From the NCBI GenBank assembly GCA_963773005.1, contig CAVYZR010000008.1, positions 3,607 to 67,606 of the forward strand: a stretch of 64,000 nucleotides of DNA. The letters are read 5' to 3'. Shown piece after piece: positions 31,849-43,180 of the stretch (within the stretch, counting starts at the first letter, position 1; each line of letters begins with the position of its first letter). Position numbers and translations under genes: made by a program. Source of the DNA: an uncultured Acidobacteriota bacterium (GTDB lineage: Bacteria; Acidobacteriota; Vicinamibacteria; Vicinamibacterales; 2-12-FULL-66-21). Under the pieces are notes generated by a model, which was given only the letters and a program-made list of their open reading frames with translations, made no database searches and had not been told where the DNA came from.

Positions 31849-32850
31849 TCACGACAATGATTCCGACTCGTCGTGACCCGCCGCTCGCTCCTCCCGCCGA
31901 ACATCTCGCGGGCGCTTGTCCTCGCGTAGCGCGATGAACCTGGCGTGACGCAGGTGATTGTCCGGCGTCCATTCCACGAACTCGAACTGGCCGACGAGCG
32001 TCGGTGTGAGCCAGCGGCAGTCGGCCATCTTCCTGGCCGTCAAGCCTGCCCCCCAACGTCCACTCTTGGACTCCGGTAAGTTGGCGAACGGGCACGCCTT
32101 GCTGTCGAGCGCGCGAAACCTCTTGAACAACTGCGCACGCACCACTGGCGTGAATCCATTGCGGGTTCGGGCCGCGTACATCAGCCGATCGCCCTCGTAG
32201 TAGCCAAAAATGAGGGCATCGAAGGGATTCCCGCCGACGGTATACCCTCCGATGACGAACTCCTGCCCTCGATTGACCCGCATCTTCATCCACGCACCCG
32301 ACCGCAGGCCCGGTTCGTAGCGGCTGTCACTGCGCTTGGCGACCAGCCCTTCGAACCCCTGCGCCCGTACGGATTGCACCAGCACGGACAGGCTCGCCTC
32401 GAGTGGCGCAACGTACCGGACAGGCTCCATCAGCTTCGGCAGAATGCGTTTCTCCAGGAGCACTCGCCGAGCCGTGAGCGGCTCACCCATGACGTCCCGG
32501 CCTGACAACACCATCACGTCGAAGACGAAGTAGACGATCGGCGTTTTGCCGGACCCGTAATTCTGTAGGAGACTGAACGACGGCCGTCCGTCAGAATCGA
32601 GCGCCACGATTTCGCCGTCGATGACGGTCTCATTCGGCAGCTTCGCCAACTGTTGCACGATCGCCGGATACCTGACGCTGAAGTCATTGTCGTTGCGGGA
32701 GCGGAGATGTACTCTGCCGCCGGTATTGAAGGCGACGGCCCTGTAGCCGTCCAGTTTCAACTGGTAGTCCCACCGGCGATCGTCCGGGAGCGCGTCGGTC
32801 CGCAGGAGGAGCATAGGCTCGATGAAGTAACCCTTAACGCGCGCTGTCAT
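31849..32850 (-). CDS. ATP-dependent DNA ligase (stand-alone LigC/LigD-ligase-domain type)
   Basis: Motif I KLDGYR, FEGLVAKR, and GAWMKMRV. Confidence 0.9.
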   Translation of the reverse strand: MTARVKGYFIEPMLLLRTDALPDDRRWDYQLKLDGYRAVAFNTGGRVHLRSRNDNDFSVRYPAIVQQLAKLPNETVIDGEIVALDSDGRPSFSLLQNYGSGKTPIVYFVFDVMVLSGRDVMGEPLTARRVLLEKRILPKLMEPVRYVAPLEASLSVLVQSVRAQGFEGLVAKRSDSRYEPGLRSGAWMKMRVNRGQEFVIGGYTVGGNPFDALIFGYYEGDRLMYAARTRNGFTPVVRAQLFKRFRALDSKACPFANLPESKSGRWGAGLTARKMADCRWLTPTLVGQFEFVEWTPDNHLRHARFIALREDKRPRDVRREERAAGHDESESLS

Positions 32851-32925
32851 CGGCCGAGTTTAGCGGAAGAGGGCAGCCACACTTGCGGCACCTCGTTTGC
32901 AGCAGGCAGGTGTTAGAGGAAAACT

Positions 32926-33162
32926 GTGATTGACCTTTACAACAAAGCCACCGACGAGCTCTTGGGATCTATTACTGAGGCCGACCTGCACGTGCTGGTC
33001 GATGCGCTCGAAGAAGAAGGCTCGGACGATCAGGACTACTACATCGACGCGGCGACCATTGATGTCATCGGCGATGGCAGGGCGACGGATCACTTGCTGC
33101 GTCTGTTGCGCACAGCGCTCGGAGACGCGACAGGTGTCGATATTCGTTGGCACCGCCGGTAG
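32926..33162 (+). CDS. small acidic hypothetical protein (78 aa)
   Basis: ORF divergent from the ligase gene with coherent acidic helical sequence. No family recognised. Confidence 0.45.
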   Translation: MIDLYNKATDELLGSITEADLHVLVDALEEEGSDDQDYYIDAATIDVIGDGRATDHLLRLLRTALGDATGVDIRWHRR

Positions 33163-33269
33163 TCGACAACCGGCTGGCGTTGCCACGGGACTGGCCTTGA
33201 CGCCTATTCCTGAGCGTTCACGCGTCTCGCGAAGAATGTCACGCACGCCGACGGTATATTCTTCTGACA

Positions 33270-35909
33270 GTGAGCTCTCCCCACGACGCCCGTACCACCT
33301 TCACGGCCGACGGTCCGTCCGACATCAGTCAGGACGGACGCCTTGGTCCGTACCGCCTGATTCGCGAGATCGGTCATGGCGGCATGGGCACCGTGTATCT
33401 CGGCGTCCGCGACGATGACGCGTTCCAGAAGCGCGTGGCGATCAAGGTGCTCAAGCGCGGCATGGACACCGACAGCATCGTGCGTCGCTTCCGGCACGAG
33501 CGGCAGATCCTCGCCAGCCTCGAGCATCCGTTCATCGCCGAGTCTTCTCGACGGTGGCAGCACGCCGGACGGCAGGCCGTACTTCGCGATGGAGTACGTC
33601 GAGGGGCAGCCGATCGTCGACTACTGCGACACGCACCGGCTCGACACCGCCGCGCGCCTGGAGCTCTTTCGTCACGTCTGCACCGCCGTGCAGTACGCGC
33701 ACCAGAACCTGATCATCCACCGCGACATCAAGCCGGCCAACGTGCTCGTGATCGCCGACGGCACGCCCAAGCTGCTGGACTTCGGGATCGCCAAGCTGCT
33801 GAATCCCGGAGCTCGCGGGCCAGACGCTCGCGCCGACCGCGCCCGGGCTGCAACTGATGACGCCGGAATACGCCAGCCCCGAGCAGGTTCGCGGCGACGC
33901 GGTGACGCACGGCCACGGATGTCTACTCGCTCGGCGTGCTGCTCTACGAACTGCTCGCCGGCCGGCTGCCGTATCGCCTCACCAGCCGCGCGCCAGCCGA
34001 CATCGTCCGCATCGTCTGTGAGTCGGAGCCGATGCGTCCAAGCACGGCGATCACCAGCATCGATCCAGAGCCGCCAGGCGAGGCAGCCACCGGAAACGAG
34101 CCCCATCCCGCGTCCACAGCGGCCTCGAAGCCGACTCGCCGGCCGACCGTCGATGCCGATCGGTTGCGCCGGCAGCTTGCCGGCGATCTCGACAACATCA
34201 TCCTCAAGGCGCTCAGCAAGGAGCCGCGGCGGCGGTATGCCTCGGTGGATCAGTTTTCCGAGGACGTGCGCCGCCACCTCGCCGGCTTGCCCGTCATCGC
34301 GCGGAAGGACACGTGGGGTTACCGGACGACCAAGTTCGTCCGGCGCAATCGCGCGGCCGTCGTCACGCTTGCCGCGACGTTCGCGGTGCTGGTCGCCGGC
34401 ATCATCGGCACGACGTGGCAGGCTCGCGCGGCCCGCGTGGAGCGCGCGCGCGCCGAACAGCGGTTCGGCGACGTGCGGCAACTGGCCAACGCGTTCCTGT
34501 TCGACTTCCACGACTCGATCGCGGATCTCGAAGGCTCGACGCCGGCGCGCAAGCTCATCGTGACCAAGGGGCTCGAGTACCTGGACCGGCTCGCGCAGGA
34601 CGCCGGCGATCGCGTCGATCTGCGGCGCGAGGTGGCCGCGGCATACATGAAGGTCGGGGACGTCCAGGGGCGTCCGTTCTGGCCCAACCTCGGCGACACG
34701 GCCGGCGCGCTCGCGAGCTATCGCAAGGCGGTCTCCCTCTATGAATCCATAACCGGTGAGGCCGCGCGCGACGAGTCCATGCGCCGGGAAGTTGCGCTGG
34801 CCTACATGCGGCTGAGCGACGTGCTCACGGCGGCGGGGGACACGGCCGCGTCGCTGTCGTTTGCGCAGAAGAGCCTGGCGATCGAGCGAGAGGTGTCCGC
34901 CGATGCGACCGACACGCCCGCGGCACGCCGGGCGCTCGTCGCCAGCTACACGCGCGTCGGCGACATGCTGGCCGCGACTGGAAACGTGAACGGCGCCCTC
35001 GAGCACCGGCGCACTGCGCTGGCGATCATGGAAGCGGTGATGGCCGAAGCTCCCGACGATGTGGCCAACATTCGGCAACTGGGCGTGGCCTACCAGAAGC
35101 TCGGCAATACGCTGGGCAATCCCAACGCGCCGAACCTCGGCGACCATGCCGGCGGCCTCGCGGCGCTCGAGCGATCCTCGGAGATCTTCCGTAACGCCTC
35201 GGCCAAGTATCCGAGCAATGCGATGCTTCGTCGCAACCACGCCGTCGCCGAGAGCAACGCCGCCGACATCCTCTTCGCGATGAAGCGCGTCGACGAGGCA
35301 CTCGCGCGGGAACGGCGCAGCCTGGCGGTCTACGAAGGACAGGCCAAGACGGATCCCACCAACGCCGCCGCGCAGAACGATCTCGCGATCGGGTATTCGA
35401 AGATCGCCCAGCTCCTCGAAGCGATCGGGAAGCCGGCGGACGGACTCGCCGAGCAACAGCGCGCCACCGACATTCATCGCCGGCTCGTGGCCGCCGATCC
35501 TCAGAGCAGCGACATGAAGCAGGAGCTGGCGTCGGATCACAACCGTGAGGCGACGCTGCAGGCGAAGCTCGGGATGCGCGAGCCGTCGCTCGCCAACCAT
35601 GCGCGGGCGGTGGACATCAGCCGCGAGTTGAGCGCGGCCAATCCGAGCGACTACGAGCTGCGCTTTGCGCTGGGCCTGGCGTACGCCGGGCGAGCCGATG
35701 CCTACCTCGAGTTTGCGCAGGCGGCCCGTGCCTCATCGCGCACGGCCGATCTTGCCGCCGCCGAGCGCGATTACACCAGCGCGCTCGACATCTACAGCCA
35801 GCTGCAGAAGGCCGGCACGTTCGCCGCGAGCGACATGGAGTACGTCGACAAGGCCCGCGCGTCGCTCGAGAAGGTCCGCGCCGATCAGAATCAGAACGGA
35901 AAGCGCTGA
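33270..35909 (+). pseudogene. Ser/Thr protein kinase with TM segment and C-terminal TPR domain, carrying three apparent +1 frameshifts inside the kinase domain
   Basis: [11 protein letters not shown]...VAIKVL (frame 0), then [21 protein letters not shown]...[11 protein letters not shown]...DFGIAKLL (frame 1), then [26 protein letters not shown] (frame 2), then [18 protein letters not shown]... through the TPR to 35909 (frame 0). Confidence 0.85.
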
Positions 35910-36086
35910 TCGATCTGCGACTTGATCCACTGGCGGACTTCCTTTGGATAGCGAGTGCAGGCGGCTGGTGCCCCGATCGAAGGGGTGCGAGCGTTGATCG
36001 TCGTGCTCACCGGGCGCGATCTGGCCGCGTGACATCACCGAGCTTGCGACGCTGCGCTATTTCAGCTCCGAACGAGGGCCTAACCT

Positions 36087-36854
36087 GTGAGCGACCTCTT
36101 CGTAGACTCGTGGGGTTCCGGCGTGCCGGTGGTGCTGGTGCACGGTTCGCTGGCGATAGGAGCTGACGAGTGGCAGGCACAACGACCGCTCGCCGAAGAA
36201 GGGTTTCGCCTGTTGGTACCTGACCGGCGAGGGTATGGGCGAAGCCCGGCGGCCGAATGCGAGGACTTCCTGCGTGATGCCGACGACATCGTCGACCTCA
36301 TGGGCGATGGTGCCCACCTCGTGGGTCATTCCTATGGCGGTCTCGGCGTTCTGGTCGCTGCTGCCCGCCGTCTGGATGCGACTTTCTCTCTGACGCTGCT
36401 GGAGCCAGGCGCATTCGCGCTGGGCCAGCAACATCCAGCTGCGCGGACACTCCTGGCCGGCGTACGCCGCCTCTGGGATCAGGATCTCCCGGACGAGGAC
36501 TGGGTCGTCCGCTTTCTGAAGTTGGTGGGGAGCGATCCCGACGCTCTCGCGCCCGAACTGATCGCCGCTGCCGTTCCGCTCGTGCCCGTGCTCCGGTGCG
36601 GGCGGCCGCTCTGGGAACTCGAACTGCCGCTCGCGGAGCTAGCGCCGGCGCCGTTCCCGAAGCTCGTCATGTCGGGTGGGCATAGCGCGGGATTCGATGC
36701 CATCTGCGACGACCTCGCTGAACGGATCAGCGCCTCCCGGATGGTGGTTGAAGGTGCCGGCCATGAGATCGAGTTCACCGGACGGCCCCTCAATGAAGCA
36801 CTGCTAGCTCTGTGGGGCCCCGCCTCGTCGGGTTCGGCAAGCCTGTCGTCTTGA
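36087..36854 (+). CDS. alpha/beta-fold hydrolase
   Basis: Nucleophile elbow GHSYGG and an N-terminal VVLVHG oxyanion region. Confidence 0.8.
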   Translation: MSDLFVDSWGSGVPVVLVHGSLAIGADEWQAQRPLAEEGFRLLVPDRRGYGRSPAAECEDFLRDADDIVDLMGDGAHLVGHSYGGLGVLVAAARRLDATFSLTLLEPGAFALGQQHPAARTLLAGVRRLWDQDLPDEDWVVRFLKLVGSDPDALAPELIAAAVPLVPVLRCGRPLWELELPLAELAPAPFPKLVMSGGHSAGFDAICDDLAERISASRMVVEGAGHEIEFTGRPLNEALLALWGPASSGSASLSS

Positions 36855-37172
36855 ATCCGCGCGGCTGTAGAACATGACCTTGATGGCGGCCAGGTATTCC
36901 GCGCGCGCGTCGGCGTGACAGCCGAGCAGGTCAAGGCCCCCATGCTGGACTGGCTGGACCGCTATCTCGGTAAGCCCTGACGAGGTGAGGTCGAGATGTT
37001 CGCTGCTCCGTCGTCCACCCGAAGGATAAACACGATCGCCGCGGCTCGTTAAAGCTGTTACACTCCTCCCCGAAAGCTCATCCATTGGGCAGTTTGCGAG
37101 CCTGACCGATGGCTCTGAGCCTGCCGGAAAATCCATCGTTCCCTCGTCCCTCACTACCAAACGGAGGATGTC

Positions 37173-38043
37173 ATGCGAGATGCCCTGCGAGTCTGCACAT
37201 TGATGGCGGTGGTGCTGTTGAACGCCGTGTCCGCGGCTGCCCAGGCCAAGGAGCCACCCGACCCGCCCACTCTGCTTGTCATCTACCGCGAAGAAGTGCG
37301 CCCGGGGAAAGGCGCCGCGCACAGCGCGAACGAACAGGCGTGGTCCGGCGCTTTCACGAAGGGGCAGGCCCCGGTGCAGTGGCTGGGGATGACGACGATA
37401 GGGGGACCGAACGAGGCGTGGTTCCTCTCGGGGCACGAATCGGTACGCGGCCTTCCAGAAGAACGAGGACGCGATGGAGGCCAACGCGACGCTGACGGCG
37501 GAAGGAGACAAGTACTCTGAAAAAGACGGCGAGCTGCTCAATCGCACGTCGACGATCATCGCGCGTTACCGGCCCAATCTGAGCTACGGGTCGAAGGTCG
37601 CCATTCCCCAAATGCGCTATATGCAGGTCGATGTCGTCCAGGTGCGGCCGGGGCATACTGCGGAGTTCAACGAGGCCTGGCAGTCCATCGTGGCCTCACA
37701 CGCGAAAGCGAAGATGAACGAGCACTGGGCGGTCTACACGGTGGAGAGCGGAATGGCCACCGGCACCTACCTTTTCTTCTATCCGCACAAGTCGCTCGAC
37801 CATCTCGATGGCGTCGCGGCGATGCACACCGGCGCCGAGTATCGGGACGCCGTCGGCGAGTCCGGCCGTGCGAAGCAGAACCAGATGGTCAAGGACGGTG
37901 TGGCCTCGCAGCAGACGCTGCTGTTTGCCTTCCGGCCTCGCATGAGCCTGCTGTCGAAGGAGTTCATCGACCAGGACCCGGCATTCTGGACGCCCAAGCC
38001 GCCGCCGGCCGCCGCGCCGAAGAAGCCGGGAGACAAGCAGTAG
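37173..38043 (+). CDS. secreted hypothetical protein, apparent +1 frameshift near 37442
   Basis: Signal peptide MRDALRVCTLMAVVLLNAVSAAAQA. The reading ...AWFLSGHES continues as YAAFQKNEDAMEANATL... in the next frame. Length is 3n+1. Confidence 0.6.
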
Positions 38044-38240
38044 TTCGCGATCGCCAACGCCGGGGTCAGACCTCGCTCGGTCTCGCTTCGGGGTCAGACC
38101 CTCGGCAAGGCGACGCGGACCGCTAAGGAAACAGTTGACGCTTCACGTACGATCGACTGAACGTCGGTGCTGACACCGGGCGCGCTGACGATGAGGGCAG
38201 GGCGCTTCGCGCGTCACTGCCGGTTCTGCGAGGCGCTGGC

Positions 38241-39252
38241 TCAGAACTTGAAGCCGAAGCCGTTCGACCAGCCGTAGTCGTTCTTCGAAAACCCCTCCGG
38301 CGGCTGGCTGTCGTAGTTGTCGAAGAGGCCGACGCGGAAGTACCAATCGCCGGGCAGGTTGAAATCCAGGTCGAACCGGTAGGTCAGACGGTATCGGCTA
38401 GAGTCCGTCAGGCTGGGATAGTAGGTGAACCGAGTGATGAGGTCGGTGATCTTCAGCCTCTCGGTCATGAACTCCGTGCCGACGTAGGCCTCGGCCGAGT
38501 TCTTGGTCGGCAACGCCGGGTCCGTGTAGTTCTCGTTGTTCCACGCCAGGCCGCCGCCGAGCGCCAGGTACTGCGTCGATGAGCGCAGCAGGTAGCGGCC
38601 GCCACCGCCGCCAATCGTCGTGCGCAGGTCCAGGCCCTGCTCTTCGCTGTTCAGGAAGTCCTGCGTGGTATTGACGTACCAGCGGCTGCCGAGGAGCCGG
38701 CGGAAGTCGTTGGCAACGTCCCAGCGCTGCGTGTCGGGGGCGTTGTCCTGCGAGCTTCTGAAGACGTTGGCAAAGAGGACATCGACGTGGTGCTCGTCCC
38801 GGTACGACAGGTTCGACGCCAGCGAGAGCTGCGCCGCCGAGTTGGTGCGCGTCACGCTGTAGCCAAAGTCCAGAGCGGCAGTCGAACCGCGCCAGGAACT
38901 TCTGCTCGAACGGCTGTACCGTCGACACGTCCGGCAGCTTGACGCTCGTCTCGGCGATCTGCACGAGCGGCTTCTTCCCCGGATCCGGCTTCAACGAGCC
39001 CGACAGGCGTTGTCCGTCGAATGTCTCGATGACGAATTGCCGCGTGCTTTCAATCGAGGCGATCTTCTCCCATTTGATCTTGAAATCCGAATCCGAGTAG
39101 TCGGTCGAGAAGATCAGCACGTCCTTTTCGACTTTCTTGATCTCGCCGACCAATTTGTCACCACTGGTCGTGATCACGACGTCCTGGGCCCCGAATGCGA
39201 CGCCGGCGCTGCCGAGCAGCAGGACAAGCGCGAGGGCCATCGGTCCCGTCAT
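38241..39252 (-). CDS. DUF481-family outer-membrane beta-barrel protein, apparent +1 frameshift near 38880
   Basis: GGAGGG lies upstream of the ATG at 39252, followed by a signal peptide. ...QKFLARFD continues as AALDFGYSVTRTNSAAQLSL... in the next frame. The protein ends GWSNGFGFKF. Length is 3n+1. Confidence 0.75.
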
Positions 39253-39819
39253 GGTGCCCTCCGACTCTGGCGCGCGGCTCATGCCCTCACGGTTGTCCGC
39301 GGCCGCTAGCAGATGAATCATTCGAACGCCTCCTTCGTTATTCGGGCAGCATAACCTTGCGCGATGGGCGACCGCTAGTTTCGGCTGTTGCGAGACTGAA
39401 GAGGTCCAGCAACCGAGACTCGACAGGCTGCCCGCCGCGTTGAGAACGCGGGTGGCTTCTGGGCCTACGGAAGCTGACGAGGCCCGCGGAGGCACCCGTT
39501 TGGCGAGCTGAGGTGCCATGTGGCTGCCGCGGCTGAAGCCCCTGTCACTCACGATACACGCTGTGGTGCAGACCGATCCCGCGCCAGGCCCCAGAGCAGC
39601 GACGCGGACGCGATTGCCCCTGGCCACTCCCATGCTGGTCGCGGATCTTGACCAGCAAGCTCTACGCTGCTATCGAGGTAAAACGAGATGAGATCCGATG
39701 ACCGTCGAAGACGTTTTTCGGTGGCGACGTTTCCGTATTTGTCCCGTCTCCTTGGCTCTGCGATCTTTGCGCCCTCAGCGGTGAAATGCTTTCGCAGCGA
39801 GAGGTGACCGTCCTCAAGA

Positions 39820-41301
39820 TCAAGAAGGCTGCCGCAGGCGGCTGTGGCGGTATCCGTAGAACACGTAAATCAGGATGCCGATGACCAGCCAGAGGAAGAA
39901 GCGTTCCCAGGCCTGCTTGGGCAGCCCCACCATGATGAAGAGGCAGGCCGCGGTGCTGAGGAGCGCGACGGGCCACACAAACGGCACTTTGAAAGGACGG
40001 GGACGATCGGGCTCGGTGATGCGCAGCACGAGGACGCCAATCGACACCAGCGCGAACGCGAAGAGCGTTCCGATGTTGGTGAGATCGTAGGTCTCGGCGG
40101 CGTCGCCGATGAGCGATGCCACTGCCACCACGATTCCCGTTATGAGCGTTGTCGTATAGGGAATGCGCCGGACGGGATGGACTTTGGCCGCCCACGCCGG
40201 GAGCAGCCCGTCGCGCGCCATCGCGAAGAAGATGCGCGGCTGACCGTACTGGAAGACGAGGAGCACGGCCGTCATCGAAACCGCGGCGCCGAGCGCGACG
40301 ATCCAGCCGACCGTCTCGAACCCGGCGCGCTGCAGCGCGTGCGCGAGCGGATCGGCCACGCCGAGCTCGGTGTAGGGAACCATGCCGGTGAGGACGAACC
40401 CCACGAGCACGTAGATCACCGTGCAGATGGCCAGCCCGCCGAGAATCCCGATCGGCAGGTTTCTCTTCGGATCGCGTGTCTCTTCGGCGGCGGTCGAGAT
40501 CGCGTCGAACCCGATATACGCAAAAAAGACGATCGCCGCGCCCTGGTGGATCCCGGTGAACCCGTTGGGCGCAAACGGCGTGTAGTTGGCGGCGTTGAGA
40601 TGTGTCGCGCCGACGGCGATGAAGAGCGCGAGCGCGATCAGCTTGACGACCACCATGATGTTGTTGGCCCGCGCACTTTCCTTCGCGCCGCGCAGGAGCA
40701 TCCACGTGATCACCAACACGATCCCGCAGGCCGGGAGGTTCACGAGGATCGGCATCCCAGCGATGTGCGGGGCCGAATCGAGCAGGCCGCTGACCTCGGG
40801 GTTCGAGCTGAGGAGCGCCGTGCGATAGCCGGTCGTCAGCCACGCCGGCAACGAGAGGCCGACACCTCGCAGCAGCGTCGTAAAGTAATCGCCCCAGGAG
40901 ATCGCGACGGCGACGTTGCCGACCGCGTACTCGAGCACGAGGTCCCAGCCGATGATCCACGCCACGAGCTCGCCGAGCGTCGCATACGTGTACGCGTAGG
41001 CGCTGCCAGCTTGCGGAATCATCGCCGCGAGCTCCGCGTAGCAGAGCGCGGCGAGCGCGCAGGCGCCGCCCAGCAACAGAAATGAAAAGACCAGCGCCGG
41101 TCCGGCGGCGTAGCGGATGACGTTGCCGCTCGCGTCGGTCTGCCCGGCCGCCGCGGTGCCGATCGCGCCGAAGATGCCGGCGCCAATCACCGCGCCGATC
41201 GCCAGCATGATCAAGTCACCCGCGCCGAGCACGCGACGAAGGCCGTGCTCACCCTCCGGGACGAGCTCGCTGATGGGTTTTCGCTTGAAGATGTGACGCA
41301 T
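39820..41301 (-). CDS. APC-superfamily amino acid permease
   Basis: 493 aa with about 12 TM helices and a typical APC N-terminus (LGAGDLIMLAIGAVIGAGIF). Confidence 0.9.
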   Translation of the reverse strand: MRHIFKRKPISELVPEGEHGLRRVLGAGDLIMLAIGAVIGAGIFGAIGTAAAGQTDASGNVIRYAAGPALVFSFLLLGGACALAALCYAELAAMIPQAGSAYAYTYATLGELVAWIIGWDLVLEYAVGNVAVAISWGDYFTTLLRGVGLSLPAWLTTGYRTALLSSNPEVSGLLDSAPHIAGMPILVNLPACGIVLVITWMLLRGAKESARANNIMVVVKLIALALFIAVGATHLNAANYTPFAPNGFTGIHQGAAIVFFAYIGFDAISTAAEETRDPKRNLPIGILGGLAICTVIYVLVGFVLTGMVPYTELGVADPLAHALQRAGFETVGWIVALGAAVSMTAVLLVFQYGQPRIFFAMARDGLLPAWAAKVHPVRRIPYTTTLITGIVVAVASLIGDAAETYDLTNIGTLFAFALVSIGVLVLRITEPDRPRPFKVPFVWPVALLSTAACLFIMVGLPKQAWERFFLWLVIGILIYVFYGYRHSRLRQPS

Positions 41302-41317
41302 CGGCAGCGATGCTACA

Positions 41318-42367
41318 TCAGGTCAGCATGGGAGACGCGATCGGCTGGACCGGAAGCACGCCGCGCAGGCCGACGTCGAGGCGATAGACGGTCTCGCTCG
41401 AGCAGACGACAAGGCCGCCGAGCGGGTCGAACGACACGCCGAGAAGCGCGCCGCCCGAGAGCACGCAGTCCTTGATCTCGGGCCGATTGGCGCGAATCCG
41501 GTAGACAGCGCTCGACCCGGCCACCGCGTCGACGACATAGAGCTGCCCCTCGCTGTCGAACGCCAGCCCTTGAGGCCGCCCGAAGCCTTCGCAGAAAGTC
41601 GTGACGGTGCCCTCGGGAGCGACGCGATAGATGCCGTCGCGCGGCGCCAGTGTCGGGGCCGACACGTACAACGCGCCGTCGGGACCAAACGCGAGATGGA
41701 AGGCCGCGACGCTCGAGGGAATCGTCGCGAAGACCGTCGCCCGCCCTTCACCCACTCGCAGCACGGACCCCGATCGATCGCCGACGAACAACTCGCCCGC
41801 GCGGTTGAACGCGATCCCGCACGCCACTCCAAGATCGGTCGCCACGGTTTCGACCGATCCGTTGCTGGCGATGCGATGCACGCTGCCGTCGAAGCGGCTC
41901 GACACGTGCAACCAGCCATTCGGATCGACGGCCATCGACGTCGGGTTGGGCAGCCCCGTGACGAACGGCTCGCGCGAGCCATCGCGGCGCACGACGTAGA
42001 TCGACACGGGTGCTTCCTGGCCGCGCGCTCCGCTGAAGGTGACGTAGAGGTTGCCATCGCGATCGAAGGCGGGGCTGTCGACCTGGTGCACGCCGGTCGC
42101 GATCGGCGCGCCAATTTCGACGTAGGCGGTCTCGCCGGGCGCGCTGTCGACGCGGACCGGTGTGTGCCCGCCGTCGAGGCCGGGAGGGACGATGACGGTC
42201 AGCGATTGACGCGAGGCGTGCGCGATCGTGGCCTTGACGCCGCCAAGGCGCACTTCGGGAGGTTGGGGCTCGAGGCTGAAGCCGTCGCCGCTGATGGTGA
42301 CGCGGCCGCCCTCGACGGCCCACAATGGGCTCACCGCTGTAATCCGGGATGCCGGCGCAGATTTCAT
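41318..42367 (-). CDS. IPT/TIG domain plus NHL/SMP-30-like six-bladed beta-propeller protein
   Basis: N-terminal ITAVSPLWAVEGGRVTISGDGF (IPT-like), then repeated G.LYV/G.LFV blades. ATG at 42367. Confidence 0.7.
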   Translation of the reverse strand: MKSAPASRITAVSPLWAVEGGRVTISGDGFSLEPQPPEVRLGGVKATIAHASRQSLTVIVPPGLDGGHTPVRVDSAPGETAYVEIGAPIATGVHQVDSPAFDRDGNLYVTFSGARGQEAPVSIYVVRRDGSREPFVTGLPNPTSMAVDPNGWLHVSSRFDGSVHRIASNGSVETVATDLGVACGIAFNRAGELFVGDRSGSVLRVGEGRATVFATIPSSVAAFHLAFGPDGALYVSAPTLAPRDGIYRVAPEGTVTTFCEGFGRPQGLAFDSEGQLYVVDAVAGSSAVYRIRANRPEIKDCVLSGGALLGVSFDPLGGLVVCSSETVYRLDVGLRGVLPVQPIASPMLT

Positions 42368-42474
42368 CGTCTCCGGGATTGATCGTGGAAGCTTTGTTTG
42401 TGGCTGGGAAGCAATTCGCGGCGTGGGGACACTGCTGGCGACTGGCCGGGACGACCGGCCGGAGCCGCCGTGCC

Positions 42475-43011
42475 TCACGTTTCGTCGAGTTCCATGTTCC
42501 AGTAGAAGTAATCCCGCCAGCTGTCGGGCGCGTTGCGAAGACCGACCGCGATCCGGATGGCCGGCGCGCGCTCCGGGCGCTTGGGGATTCGGATGAGGTG
42601 CATGCCCGCCTCAGTCGGCGTCCGCCCGCCCTTCTTCCGGTTGCAGGAAATACAGCACGTGACGATATTCTCCCAGTCTTTTCGGCCGCCCTGGGCGACC
42701 GGCACGACATGGTCGAAAGTCAATTCAGCCGTGGCGAACACCTCGCCGCAATATTGACAGGAGTGATCGTCCCTGGCGTAAATATTGGCTCGCGAAAACG
42801 GGACGTAGTCGATCTTCCGCTTGATGCGGATGTAGCGGAGCAGGCGGATGACCGATGGCAGCCTGAAGCTGAACTTCACCGAGCGGACTTCCCGGTGGTC
42901 GTACTCCGAGATGACCTCAACCTTGCCCTGGCACATGAGCGTCACCGCTTTCTGCCAGTGGACGACCTTGAGGGGCTCGTACGTCGCGTTCAAGAGCAGG
43001 GTCTGCTCCAT
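42475..43011 (-). CDS. HNH endonuclease
   Basis: CQYCG ... FDHVVPVAQGG ... NIVTCCISCNRKKG (HNH/zinc-finger pattern). Confidence 0.85.
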   Translation of the reverse strand: MEQTLLLNATYEPLKVVHWQKAVTLMCQGKVEVISEYDHREVRSVKFSFRLPSVIRLLRYIRIKRKIDYVPFSRANIYARDDHSCQYCGEVFATAELTFDHVVPVAQGGRKDWENIVTCCISCNRKKGGRTPTEAGMHLIRIPKRPERAPAIRIAVGLRNAPDSWRDYFYWNMELDET

Positions 43012-43180
43012 AACTGAGGATTATTGTCACCGAAGCGGGGGGAACTGTCAAGGTGATTAGGCTCGTAACAGGATTGTTTTGAGCGGCTTAGCGCCGTTTT
43101 ATGGTCCGGCACGAGCTGCGAAGCCCCTTAAGGTGCTGCCCGAGCTACCGGGTCGATAAGTCGGGCCACCCGGCCGATAA

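Noticed and set aside
43012-43180. Possible cyclic-di-AMP (ydaO-type) riboswitch in the roughly 170-nt leader of the NlpC/P60 gene, a context known for that riboswitch.
   Set aside because: I could not find the conserved ydaO elements I remember from B. subtilis (for example GGUGAAUCC, CAGCUAACC). An Infernal scan against RF00379 would settle it.
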